The notes beneath the pieces are model-generated. The model worked only from the letters and a program-made list of their open reading frames with translations, did not search any database and was not told the origin of the DNA. This document shows, piece after piece, positions 12,823 through 25,700 of a DNA stretch of 64,000 nucleotides. The stretch is taken from assembly GCF_006345805.1 (NCBI RefSeq), contig NC_042997.1:207948001-208012000 (forward strand), written 5' to 3'. The stretch's first letter is position 1, and each line of letters starts with the position of its first letter. The DNA is from Octopus sinensis. Its lineage: Eukaryota. The translations under genes and the position numbers were made by a program.

Positions 12823-15440
12823 TCATTCCATGATCGACTTTATCAAAGCCTTTGCAAAGTCGAGATATATCACTTCCCCATTTGAGTGGTTGAGCAGTCG
12901 TTTCAGCAGCACCCTGTCATAGTGTTGTAGGAGCTGAGTTAAGCAGCTTCTTCCTGGTCGGAAACCATGTTGGGTGTCAGGCAGCAAGTCATTTTCTTCA
13001 AGGAGGGTGATCAGTTTCCTTCTGACTATTCGTTCCATGACCTTGCTGATGTTGTGAGTCAGAGAGATAGGTCTGTAGTTCTTGGCCTCCGCTCTGCTAC
13101 CTCCTTTATGAATAGGGCATATTTTACCTTCCTTCAGTTTTCTTGGAAGCTTGCCAGTTGCAAGGAAGCTCTGAAAGAGGAACTGCAGTGGTCTTGCTAG
13201 GACTCTCTTACATCTTTTAGAGGATTGCCGGGAATCCATCGGGGCCAGTAGCTGAGCTGTTTTTCATTTCATCTATAGCCTTTATTACATCGTCTTCCTT
13301 TATATCGATGTAATCTATCGTCGCTTCCTCTGATTTTATATCTGCAGTGGTAAAGAAGTCAGTTGGATTGGTGATTTGGAAATGCCCAAGGGTGGAATGA
13401 AACACTCTTGAATTGCTCATTTAGTATTTCACTTAACCCTCATTGGATTTCCTGTGAGTGTGCCATCCTTTTCAAGGAGTGGTCCTATCCTACAGTGCAC
13501 CGTAGCTGTTTCTTTGGCGTACCTGTAGAAAGCTCTGGGGTTAGATTTTATGTTGTCTATAGCCCAGGCTTCTTTGTCTGCTCTTTCCTTTTCATGGGAG
13601 AGTTGCAGACATTTTCAATTTCCAACAGTTTTATTTTCAGGTGGGACTTTTCACTGCTTTCAATTTGTTTGTTTAGGCGATTTGAAATTTTTGTACGCCG
13701 TCTCATTAAAATTTTCTTCTCTCTGGGGATTTTGTTCTTGTGTACAGTGGCCTTTCTCTCTGGGACACATTTGTAGCATATGGCTTGCATTACAGACATG
13801 AATTGTTGAAGTTTCACGTCGATGTCAGGCGAGGAGAGACATTCAGGCCAGTTTTGTTTGAGGATCTCTTTCTCAATTTGTTTCCAGTTTGCCTTATTGA
13901 AGTTCAAGCTGGAAAGATTCTGAGGGTTTCTTGTAGGCTGCATGTCCATGCTTTCCTTTGGCCCGTACATGGTCAGCTCTACCATTTTGTGATCCGAGAG
14001 TAGTGTCGGTGTCACTTTCACATTATGGATGAGATCCATATTATTTTGTGAAGCAGAGATCCAGTGTGTTTACCTGCCCTGGTTGGTTGGAGTATTACTT
14101 GCTCCATGTACAGGGTGTTGATGAGGTTCAGGAGGGACCTCGCCTGTCCCTCGTTCACATCCTGTCATTCCTGGAAAGAAAGGCCCTCGGGCCATCTGAC
14201 ATTGGGTAGATTGAAGTCTCCCATAAGAAGCACACTTATGTGTTGTTTTCTAATGTGATTAGAACTTCTATTTTTATAAGGCAGTCTTCAAACTTGCCTA
14301 CATGGCTTGGGGCATCTGGAGGGCGATATGTAGCACACACAACTACATCAAGTTGCCTTATATGTACAATTAGTGTGTCACACACCGAGTTTGAGTATGA
14401 CAAAAGGACCTGGGGTGTGAGGTCCTCACAGATGTACATAGCAACTCCTCCATGACTCCTTTCTTTTCTGTCGGTCCATAGTACAACATATTGTGGTATG
14501 TGTAATTCCGCATCTGCTATGTCCGGTTTCAGGTGCGTTTCCGTAAGTGCTATGCATAAGGCTTGATTGCATGCAACAAAGTCTCTCAAGAACGGGATTT
14601 TTGTCCTGTTACTGAGTGTTTGCAGTCCTCTGATGTTCAGTAGGAGCATCGAGGTGAGGTGTATGCTGTTGCCGGCGGTGTCCACCTTGGGTCTATTTGC
14701 TCCCATCTGCGAGCTTGGGTTTGATGAAGCCAGGTTAGCTGCTGTACAATCTTTTGTGCCATGCACAAAAAAGATTCTTGTTCAGCAGCTGCCCTTTCAA
14801 CAACATCATGTTGGCGGTTTGTGGCACGCACCACATCTGTGTACCTCCGTTTTGGGGCAGGTGGTGTGTGGTCCATCCCTTTTCCTTTTGTTAGTTTGTT
14901 TCTGATCTGTTTCGTGTCTCTGCGGCAGGGTTCCCGATGTGCAAAACGGCAGCCTGCACCTTCCTCTCCATGCCAGCAGGTACCTCTCAGGTAGAACCTA
15001 CCCACCCGTGTGCGCTGTTTGTTTCCATCCTTTTTGGTATATGGATAGTCAGTTTTACTTCTATTCTTGGCTGTTTCATTTTTTGGTTTTGTTTGAGTTT
15101 TTCCTCCTTTTATTTCTTTTTTGGGTTTTTCATCTCCATGGCTTTTGGTGCTGGTTGGAGCACTTGCACTCGGGTTTACTTCCCGGGCAGGTTTCTCACT
15201 TGAAACTTCTTGATTGTTTCCTTTTGACTTCTATTTATTGACCATGTTGGTGTGTGGATCCCAGTACATGATATTACATGTGGGGTTCCATCGTCCTTCA
15301 ACCATCATACATGTTGTTGACATAGAGTAACGAAGTCTTTTCCTCCTCCATTTTCTTGAGAGGCCACTTCCAAGGAAGGCCATAAGCCAGCCGGTTTTAG
15401 GGTCTGAAGAAATGTTTTAAAGCTGGGTGCTTTATAGACG
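12823..15440 (-). mobile_element. Degraded, 3'-truncated CR1/L2-group LINE with a CCCH zinc-finger remnant in ORF1
   Basis: ORF1 fragment (C>G)RFYLRGTCWHGEEGAGCRFAH. APE motifs LLNIRGL, IALTETHL, YRPPD, GDFNLP. RT motifs NYRPISLT, QHGFRPGRSC, YLDFAKA, ending at ~12826. The 5' boundary is approximate. Confidence 0.85.
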
Positions 15441-15536
15441 AGTAACTCAGAGTAACCCCATAGACGAGCCATATCTATCTTTAAACATACATAAACATAT
15501 ATATGTATATATTTATCTTTTTTTCTTTATTTTTAG

Positions 15537-15802
15537 CCACAAAATTTGGTGAAGGTGTTTATTTTGCAAAAAACATCAAATATTCTGCAGAAGATAAATA
15601 TTCTGTTCCTGACGCTAACAACACAAAGAGAATATACAAATGCAGTGTTCTTGTGGGAAGAATGATGCAAGGAAGAGCTGATTTAAAAGTTTTAGAGGAT
15701 TCTTACAATTCTGCTGTTGATGATATTCAAACACCCAATATTTATGTTACTTTCCATGACTCTCAAGCATATCCTAAATATTTGATTACATTTTCTAATT
15801 GA
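15537..15802 (+). CDS. Terminal exon of a PARP14/15-like catalytic (ART) domain, paralog B
   Basis: Polypyrimidine tract + ttttag| at 15536; reads ATKFGEGVYFAKNIKYSA...VLVG...SAVDDIQTPNIYVTFHDSQAYPKYLITFSN*. Confidence 0.9.
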
Positions 15803-15805
15803 AAT

Positions 15806-16008
15806 CAACACTAACACTTTTCATATTTGTAACACTGAAACTATTCAAATTTGTAACAGTAAACCTATCTAAATGTGTAACACATGTTGTTGACATGCCT
15901 TTTAGATTTATAACAGTAAAACTATTAAAACGTGTAACAATAAAACTATTCAAATTTGTAACAATAGATCTATTTGGACTTGTAAAAGTAACCCTATTCA
16001 AATTTGTA
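15806..16008 (+). repeat. Degenerate 24-nt tandem array directly after the PARP stop codon
   Basis: About 8 units, e.g. TTGTAACACTGAAACTATTCAAAT and TTGTAACAGTAAACCTATCTAAAT; one unit carries a 9-nt insertion. Confidence 0.85.
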
Positions 16009-16120
16009 AAGGAGCCTGGCACAGTTCTCCAGCTCACCAGACCCAGACAAACCGCCTTACCCATACCAGCATGGAAAACGGACATGGATTGGTGCTGGTG
16101 GTGGTGGTGATGATGATGAG
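16009..16120 (+). mobile_element. 3' tail remnant of an RTE-related element
   Basis: CCCATACCAGCATGGAAAACGGAC...(GAT)n; the same tail occurs at ~41950-41990, ~35175-35230 and ~58520-58580. Confidence 0.6.
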
Positions 16121-16732
16121 GAAGTGGAGGAGGTGGAGGAATACATTAACTCTCATAGGTATTCATGGAGTGGAAATTTCTAATGATTCAGAATAAACCA
16201 TTTATCTTCCATTTTCGTATACACACACACACACATGTCTACGTATACATATGCACACGTATAAGCAAAGAGATTCAAGGATATGAGAAAGAGAAGGAAG
16301 TTATAGCAACAAGGATTGATTCAGAGAACAATATAAGGAAAACATTATAGAGCAGGCATTGAAAAAGTTATAACTAAAACAAAACAAACACAAAAGAGAA
16401 GAGCAAAGACGAACACCACAAGAATTCATATATTTAATAAGAAATGCCCAAAATTTAATGTGTTTACTGTTCAATATAAAGTGATTTACTAGAAGAGAAA
16501 ATAGCAATAAAGTAATGTATGTCTAATGATTAAGAGAGGAAAAAAGCAGTTTTTAAAGAATTCCAATGCCTGAATAAAGTCAAGAAATTGCATCAAACTA
16601 TCACCATAAATTATCACATATGAGCTAAGGTATGGCGTCGGTATTTGGTTGATTCATTTTTAGAAATCACAGGTTGCCTAACATATGTCAGACTATGATT
16701 TAAAGCAAAACAAAAACAGGACACTTTTATTT

Positions 16733-19700
16733 TAGAGAACATTACAATAAAGTATTATTATAGAGATGAGAACAAACGAGAAAGAATTATTATAGAGTAC
16801 AGAATAAACAATAAAGAATTATTATAGAGAAGAGAACAAACAATAAAGGATTATTATAGAGAAGAGAACAAACAATAAAGTATTATTATAGAGAAGAAAC
16901 AAACAATAAAGAATTATTATAGAGAAGAAAAAACAATAAAGGAATATATAGAGAACAGAACAAACAATAAAGATTATTATAGAGATGAGAACAACAATAA
17001 AATTATTATAGAGTACAGAATAACAATAAAGAATTATTATAGAGAAAGAACAAACACTAAAGATTATTATAGAGAAGAGAACAAACAAGAAAGTATTATT
17101 ATAGAGAAGAGAACAACAATAAAGAATTATTATAGAGAAGAGAAAAACAATAAAGAATATTATAGAGAACAGAACAAACAATAAAGTATTATTATAGAGA
17201 TGAGAACAAACAATAAAGAATTATTATAGAGTACAGAATAAACAATAAAGAATTATTATAGAGAAGAGAACAAACAATAAAGGATTATTATAGAGAAGAG
17301 AACAAACAATAAAGTATTATTATAGAGAAGAGAACAAACAATAAAGAATTATTATAGAGAAGAGAAAAAACAATAAAGGAATATTATAGAGAACAGAACA
17401 AACAATAAAGTATTATTATAGAGAAGAGAACAAACAATAAAGAATTATTATAGAGAAGAGAACAAAATAAAGAATTATTATAGAGAAGAGAACAACAATA
17501 AGGTATTATATAGATAGAGAAAAACAATAAAGAATATTATAGAGAACAGAACAAACATAAAGTATTATTATAGAGAAGAGAAAAAACAATAAAGAATTAT
17601 TATAGAGAGAGAACAAACATAAAGAATATTATAGAGAACAGAACAAACATAAAGTATTATTATAGAGAAGAGAAAAAACAATAATATTATTATAGAGAAG
17701 AGAACAACAATAAAGGAATATTATAGAGAACAGAACAAACAATAAAGTATTATTATAGAGAAGAGAAAAAACAATAAGGTATTATTATAGAGAAGAGAAA
17801 AAACAATAAAGGAATATTATAGAGAACAGAACAAACAATAAGTATTATTATAGAGAGAGAAAAACAATAAGAATTATTATAGAGAAGAGACAAACAAGAA
17901 AGAATTATTATAGAGATGAGAACAAAAACAAAAGAATTATTATAGAGAAAGAACAAACAAGAAAGAATTATTATATAGATGAGAACAAACAAGAAAGAAT
18001 TATTATAGAGAAGAAGAACAAACAAGAAAGAATTATTAGAGAAGAGAACAAAGAATAAAGAATTATTATAGAGAAGAGAACAAACAAGAAATAATTATTA
18101 TAGAGATGAGAACAAACAAGAAAGAATTATTATAGAGAAGAGAACAAACAAGAAAGAATTATTATAGAGAGAGAACAACAAGAAAAGAATTATTTAGAGA
18201 AGAGAAAAAACAAGAAAGAATTATTATAGAGAACAGAACAAACAAGAAAGAATTATTATAGAGAAAAGAAAACAAACAAGAAAGAATTATTATGAAACAG
18301 AAAAAAAACCAAGAAAAGAATTATTATAGAGAAGAGAACAAACAAGAAAGAACTATTATAGAGATGAGAACAAACAAGAAAGAATTATTATAGAGATGAG
18401 AACAAACAAGAAAGAATATTATAGAGAAGAGAACAAACAAGAAAGAATTATTATAGAGATGAGAACAAAAAGAAAGAATTATATAGAGACAGAACAAACC
18501 AGAAAGATTATTATAGAGAACAGAAACAAACAAGAAAAAATTATTATAGAGAAGAGAACAAACAAGAAAGAATTATTATAGTGATGAGAACAAACAAGAA
18601 AGAATTATTATAGAGAAGAGAACAAACAAGAAAGAATTACTATAGAGATGAGAACAAACAAGAAAGATTTATTATAGAGAAGAGAACAAACAAGAAAGAA
18701 TTATTATAGAGAAGAGAACAAACAAGAAAGAATTATTATAGAGATGAGAACAAACAAGAAAGAATTATTATAGAGATGAGAACAAACAAGAAAGAATTAT
18801 TATAGAGATGAGAACAAACAAGAAAGAATTATTATAGAGAAGAGAACAAACAAGAAAGAATTATTATAGAGATGAGAACAAACAAGAAAGAATTATTATA
18901 GAGATGAGAACAAACAAGAAAGAATTATTATAGAGAAGAGAACAAACAAGAAAGAATTATTATAGAGATGAGAACAAACAAGAAAGAATTATTATAGAGA
19001 ACAGAACAAACAAGAAAGAATTATTATAGAGAAGAGAACAAACAAGAAAGAATTATTATAGAGATGAGAACAAACAAGAAAGAATTATTATAGAGAAGAG
19101 AACAAACAAGAAGAATTATTATAGAGATGAGAACAAACAAGAAAGAATTATTATAGAGAACAGAACAAACAAGAAAGAATTATTATAGAGAACAGAACAA
19201 AGAATAAAGAATTATTATAGAGAAGAGAACAAACAAGAAAGAATTATTATAGAGAAGAGAAAAAACAAGAAAGAATTATTATAGAGATGAGAACAAACAA
19301 GAAAGAATTATTATAGAGAAGAGGACAAACAAGAAAGAATTATTATAGAGAAGAGAACAAAGAATAAAGAATTATTATAGAGAAGAGAACAAACAAGAAA
19401 GAATTATTATAGAGATGAGAACAAACAAGAAAGAATTATTATAGAGAAGAGAACAAACAAGAAAGAATTATTATAGAGAAGAGAACAAACAAGAAAGAAT
19501 TATTATAGAGAGAGAACAAAGATAAGAATATTATAGAGAGAGAACAAACAAGAAAGATTATTATAGAGATGAGAACAAACAAGAAAGAATTATTATAGAG
19601 AAGAGAACAACAAGAAAGAATTATTATAGAGAGAGAACAAACAATAAGAATTATTATAGAGAGAGAACAAAGAAAAAGAATTATTATAGAAAAGAGAACA

Positions 19701-22700
19701 AACAAGAAAGAATTATTATAGAGATGAGAACAAACAAGAAAGAATTATTATAGAGATGAGAACAAACAAGAAAGAATTATTATAGAGAAGAGAACAAAGA
19801 ATAAAGAATTATTATAGAGAAGAGAAAAAACAAGAAAGAATTATTATAGAGATGAGAACAAACAAGAAAGAATTATTATAGAGACGAGAACAAACAAGAA
19901 AGAATTATTATAGAGAAGAGAACAAAGAATTAGGAATTATTATAGAGAAGAGAACAAACAAAAAGAATTATTATAGAGATGAGAACAAACAAGAAAGAAT
20001 TATTATAGAGAAGAGAACAAACAAGAAAGAATTATTATAGAGAAGAGAACAAACAATAAAGAATTATTATAGAGAAGAGAACAAACAAGAAAGAATTATT
20101 ATAGAGATGAGAACAAACAAGAAAGAATTATTATAGAGATGAGAACAAACAAGAAATAATTATTATAGAGAACAGAACAAACAAGAAAGAACTATTATAG
20201 AGATGAGAACAAACAAGAAAGAATTATTATAGAGAACAGAACAAACAAGAAAGAATTATTATAGAGACAGAACAAACAAGAAAGAATTATTATAGAGAAG
20301 AAAAACAGAAAGAATTATTATATAGAGAACAGAACCAAGAAAAGAATTATTATAGAGAAGAGAACAACAAGAAAGAATTATTATAGAGAAGAGAACAAAC
20401 AAGAAAGAATTATTATAGAGAAGAGAACAAACAAGAAAGAATTATTATAGAGAAGAGAACAAACAAGAAAGAATTATTATAGAGAAGAGAACAAACAAGA
20501 AAGAATTATTATAGAGAAGAGAACAAAGAATAAAGAATTATTATAGAGAAGAGAACAAACAAGAAAGAATTATTATAGAGATGAGAACAAACAAGAAAGA
20601 ATTATTATAGAGAAGAGAACAAACAAGAAAAATTATTATAGAGAAGAGAACAAACAAGAAAGAATTATTATAGAGAACAGAACAAACAAGAAAGAATTAT
20701 TATAGAGAAGAGAACAAACAAGAAAGAATTATTATAGAGAAGAGAACAAACAAGAAAGAATTATTATAGAGAAGAGAACAAACAAGAAAGAATATTATAG
20801 AGATGAGAACAAACAAGAAAGAATTATTATAGAGATGAGAACAAACAAGAAAGAATTATTATAGAGAAGAGAACAAACAAGAAAGAATTATTATAGAGAT
20901 GAGAACAAACAAGAAAGAATTATTATAGAGATGAGAACAAACAAGAAAGAATTATTATAGAGAAGAGAACAAAGAATAAAGAATTATTATAGAGAAGAGA
21001 AAAAACAAGAAAGAATTATTATAGAGATGAGAACAAACAAGAAAGAATTATTATAGAGACGAGAACAAACAAGAAAGAATTATTATAGAGAAGAGAACAA
21101 AGAATTAGGAATTATTATAGAGAAGAGAACAAACAAAAAGAATTATTATAGAGATGAGAACAAACAAGAAAGAATTATTATAGAGAAGAGAACAAACAAG
21201 AAAGAATTATTATAGAGAAGAGAACAAACAATAAAGAATTATTATAGAGAAGAGAACAAAGAATAAAGAATTATTATAGAGAAGAGAACAAACAAGAAAG
21301 AATTATTATAGAGATGAGAACAAACAAGAAAGAATTATTATAGAGATGAGAACAAACAAGAAATAATTATTATAGAGAACAGAACAAACAAGAAAGAACT
21401 ATTATAGAGATGAGAACAAACAAGAAAGAATTATTATAGAGAACAGAACAAACAAGAAAGAATTATTATAGAGAACAGAACAAAGAATAAAGAATTATTA
21501 TAGAGAAGAGAACAAACAAGAAAGAATTATTATAGAGAACATAACAAGAATAAAGAATTATTATAGAGAAGAGAACAAACAAGAAAGAATTATTATAGAG
21601 ATGAGAACAAACAAGAAAGAATTATTATAGAGAAGAGAACAAACAAGAAAGAATTATTATAGAGAAGAGAATAAAAAAAAAACAGAAGAATTATTATAGA
21701 GAAAGAACAAACAAGAAAGAATTATTATAGAGAACAGAAAACAGAAAGAATTATTATAGAGAACAGAACAAACAAGAAAGAATTATTATAGAGAAGAGAA
21801 CAAACAAGAAAGAATTATTATAGAGATGAGAACAAACAAGAAAGAATTATTATAGAGATCAGAACAAACAAGAAAGAATTATTATAGAGAAGAGAACAAA
21901 CAAGAAAGAATTATTATAGAGAAGAGAACAAACAAGAAAGAATTATTATAGAGAAGAGAACAAACAAGAAAGAATTATTATAGAGATGAGAACAAACAAG
22001 AAAGAATTATTATAGAGATGAGAACAAACAAGAAAGAATTATTATAGAGAAGAGAACAAACAAGAAAGAATTATTATAGAGAAGAGAACAAACAAGAAAG
22101 AATTATTATAGAGAAGAGAAAAAACAAGAAAGAATTATTATAGAGAACAGAACAAACAAGAAAGAATTATTATAGAGAAGAGAACAAACAAGAAAGAATT
22201 ATTATAGAGAAGAGAACAAACAAGAAAGAATTATTATAGAGAAGAGAACAAACAAGAAAGAATTATTATAGAGAAGAGAACAAACAAGAAAGAATTATTA
22301 TAGAGAAGAGAACAAACAAGAAAGAATTATTATAGAGATGAGAACAAACAAGAAAGAATTATTATAGAGAAGAGAACAAACAAGAAAGAATTATTATAGA
22401 GAAGAGAACAAACAAGAAAGAATTATTATAGAGATGAGAACAAACAAGAAAGAATTATTATAGAGAAGAGAACAAACAAGAAAGAATTATTATAGAGATG
22501 AGAACAAACAAGAAAGAATTATTATAGAGATGAGAACAAACAAGAAAGAATTATTATAGAGAAGAGAACAAACAAGAAAGAATTATTATAGAGATGAGAA
22601 CAAACAAGAAAGAATTATTATAGAGAAGAGAACAAACAAGAAAGAATTATTATAGAGAACAGAACAAACAAGAAAGAATTATTATAGAGAAGAGAACAAA

Positions 22701-25700
22701 CAACAAAGAATTATTATAGAGAAGAGAAAAAACAAGAAAGAATTATTATAGAGATGAGAACAAACAAGAAAGAATTATTATAGAGAAGAGAACAAACAAG
22801 AAAGAATTATTATAGAGAAGAGAACAAAGAATAAAGAATTATTATAGAGAAGAGAACAAACAAGAAAGAATTATTATAGAGATGAGAACAAACAAGAAAG
22901 AATTATTATAGAGAAGAGAACAAACAAGAAGAATTATTATAGAGAAGAGAACAAACAATAAAGAATTATTATAGAGAAGAGAACAAAGAATAAAGAATTA
23001 TTATAGAGAAGAGAACAAACAAGAAAGAATTATTATAGAGAACAGAACAAACAATAAAGAATTATTATAGAGAAGAGAACAAACAAGAAAGAATTATTAT
23101 AGAGAAGAGAACAAACAAGAAAGAATTATTATAGAGAAGAGAACAAACAAGAAAGAATTATTATAGAGATGAGAACAAACAAGAAAGAATTATTATAGAG
23201 AAGAGAACAAACAAGAAAGAATTATTATAGAGAACAGAACAAACAAGAAAGAATTATTATAGAGAGAGAAAACAAACAAGAAAGAATTATTATAGAGAAG
23301 AGAAAAAACAAGAAAGAATTATTATAGAGATGAGAACAAACAAGAAAGAATTATTATAGAGAAGAGAACAAACAAGAAAGAATTATTATAGAGAAGAGAA
23401 CAAAGAATAAAGAATTATTATAGAGAAGAGAACAAACAAGAAAGAATTATTATAGAGATGAGAACAAACAAGAAAGAATTATTATAGAGAAGAGAACAAA
23501 CAAGAAAGAATTATTATAGAGAAGAGAACAAACAATAAAGAATTATTATAGAGAAGAGAACAAAGAATAAAGAATTATTATAGAGAAGAGAACAAACAAG
23601 AAAGAATTATTATAGAGATGAGAACAAACAAGAAAGAATTATTATAGAGAAGAGAACAAACAAGAAAGAATTATTATAGAGAAGAGAACAAAGAATAAAG
23701 AATTATTATAGAGAAGAGAAAAAACAAGAAAGAATTATTATAGAGATGAGAACAAACAAGAAAGAATTATTATAGAGACGAGAACAAACAAGAAAGAATT
23801 ATTATAGAGAAGAGAACAAAGAATTAAGAATTATTATAGAGAAGAGAACAAACAAAAAGAATTATTATAGAGATGAGAACAAACAACAAAGAATTATTAT
23901 AGAGAAGAGAACAAACAAGAAAGAATTATTAGAGAGAAGAGAACAAACAATAAAGAATTATTATAGAGAAGAGAACAAAGAATAAAGAATTATTATAGAG
24001 AAGAGAACAAAGAATAAAGAATTATTATAGAGATGAGAACAAACAAGAAAGAATTATTATAGAGATGTGAACAAACAAGAAATAATTATTATAGAGAACA
24101 GAACAAACAAGAAAGAACTATTATAGAGATGAGAACAAACAAGAAAGAATTATTATTAGAGAACAGAACAAACAAGAAAGAATTATTATAGAGAACAGAA
24201 CAAAGAATAAAGAATTATTATAGAGAAGAGAACAAACAAGAAAGAATTATTATAGAGAACATAACAAAGAAAAAAAGAATTATTATAGAGAAGAGAACCA
24301 ACAAGAAAGAATTATTATAGAGATGGGAACAAACAAGAAAGAATTATTATAGAGATGAGAACAAACAAGAAAGAATTATTATAGAGAAGAGAACAAAGAA
24401 TAAAAATTATTATAGAGAAGAGAACAAACAAGAAAGAACTATTATAGAGATGAGAACAAACAAGAAAGAATTATTATAGAGAACAGAAACAAGCAAGAAA
24501 GAATTATAGAGAGAGAACAAAGAAGAAGAATATTATTTATAGAGAACAGAACAAAAACATGAAAGAATAAAAAAATATTATAGAGACAGAACAATGAATA
24601 AAATATTATATAAGAAGAGAACAAGAAAAGAATTATTATAGAGAAGAGAACAAACAAGAAAGAATTATTATAGAGAAGAGAACAAACAAGAAGAATTATT
24701 ATAGAAAAGAACAAAAAGAAAGAATTATTATAGAGATGAGAACAAACAAGAAAGAATTATTATAGAGAACAGAACAAACATGAAAGAATTATTATAGAGA
24801 AGAGAACAAACAAGAAAGAATTATTATAGAGAAGAGAACAAACAATTAAGAATTATTATAGAGATGAGAACAAACAAGAAAGAATTATTATAGAGAAGAG
24901 AACAAACAAGAAAGAATTATTATAGAGGACAGAACAAACAAGAAAGAATTATTATAGAGAAGAGAACAAAGAAGAAAGAATTATTATAGAGAACAGAACA
25001 AACATGAAAGAATTATTATAGAGAACAGAACAAAGAATAAAATATTATTATAAAGAAGAGAACAAAGAATAAAGAATTATTATAGAGAAGAGAACAAACA
25101 AGAAAGAATTATTATAGAGAACAGAACAAACAAGAAAGAATTATTATAGAGATGAGAACAAACAAGAAAGAATTATTATAGAGAACAGAACAAACATGAA
25201 AGAATTATTATAGAGAAGAGAACAAACAAGAAAGAATTATTATAGAGAAGAGAACAAACAATTAAGAATTATTATAGAGATGAGAACAAACAAGAAAGAA
25301 TTATTATAGAGAAGAGAACAAAGAATTAGGAATTATTATAGAGAAGAGAACAAACAAGAAAGAATTATTATAGAGATGAGAACAAACAAGAAAGAATTAT
25401 TATAGAGAAGAGAACAAACAAGAAAGAATTATTATAGAGAAGAGAACAAACAAAAAAAAATTAAAGAAGATATAGGAAGAGAACAAAGAAAAAGAATTAT
25501 TATAGAGAAGAGAACAAAGAATAAAGAATTATTATAGAGATGAGAACAAACAAGAAAGAATTATTATAGAGATGAGAACAAACAAGAAATAATTATTATA
25601 GAGAACAGACAAACAAGAAAGAATTATTATAGAGATGAGAACAAACAAGAAAGAATATTATAGAGAACAGAACAAACAAGAAAGAATTATTATAGAGAAC

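Noticed and set aside
16822-24714. Hydrophobic minus-strand ORFs in the 32-bp satellite, and poly-I/Y/L/N ORFs in (AAT)n tracts elsewhere
   Set aside because: Low-complexity translation artefacts.
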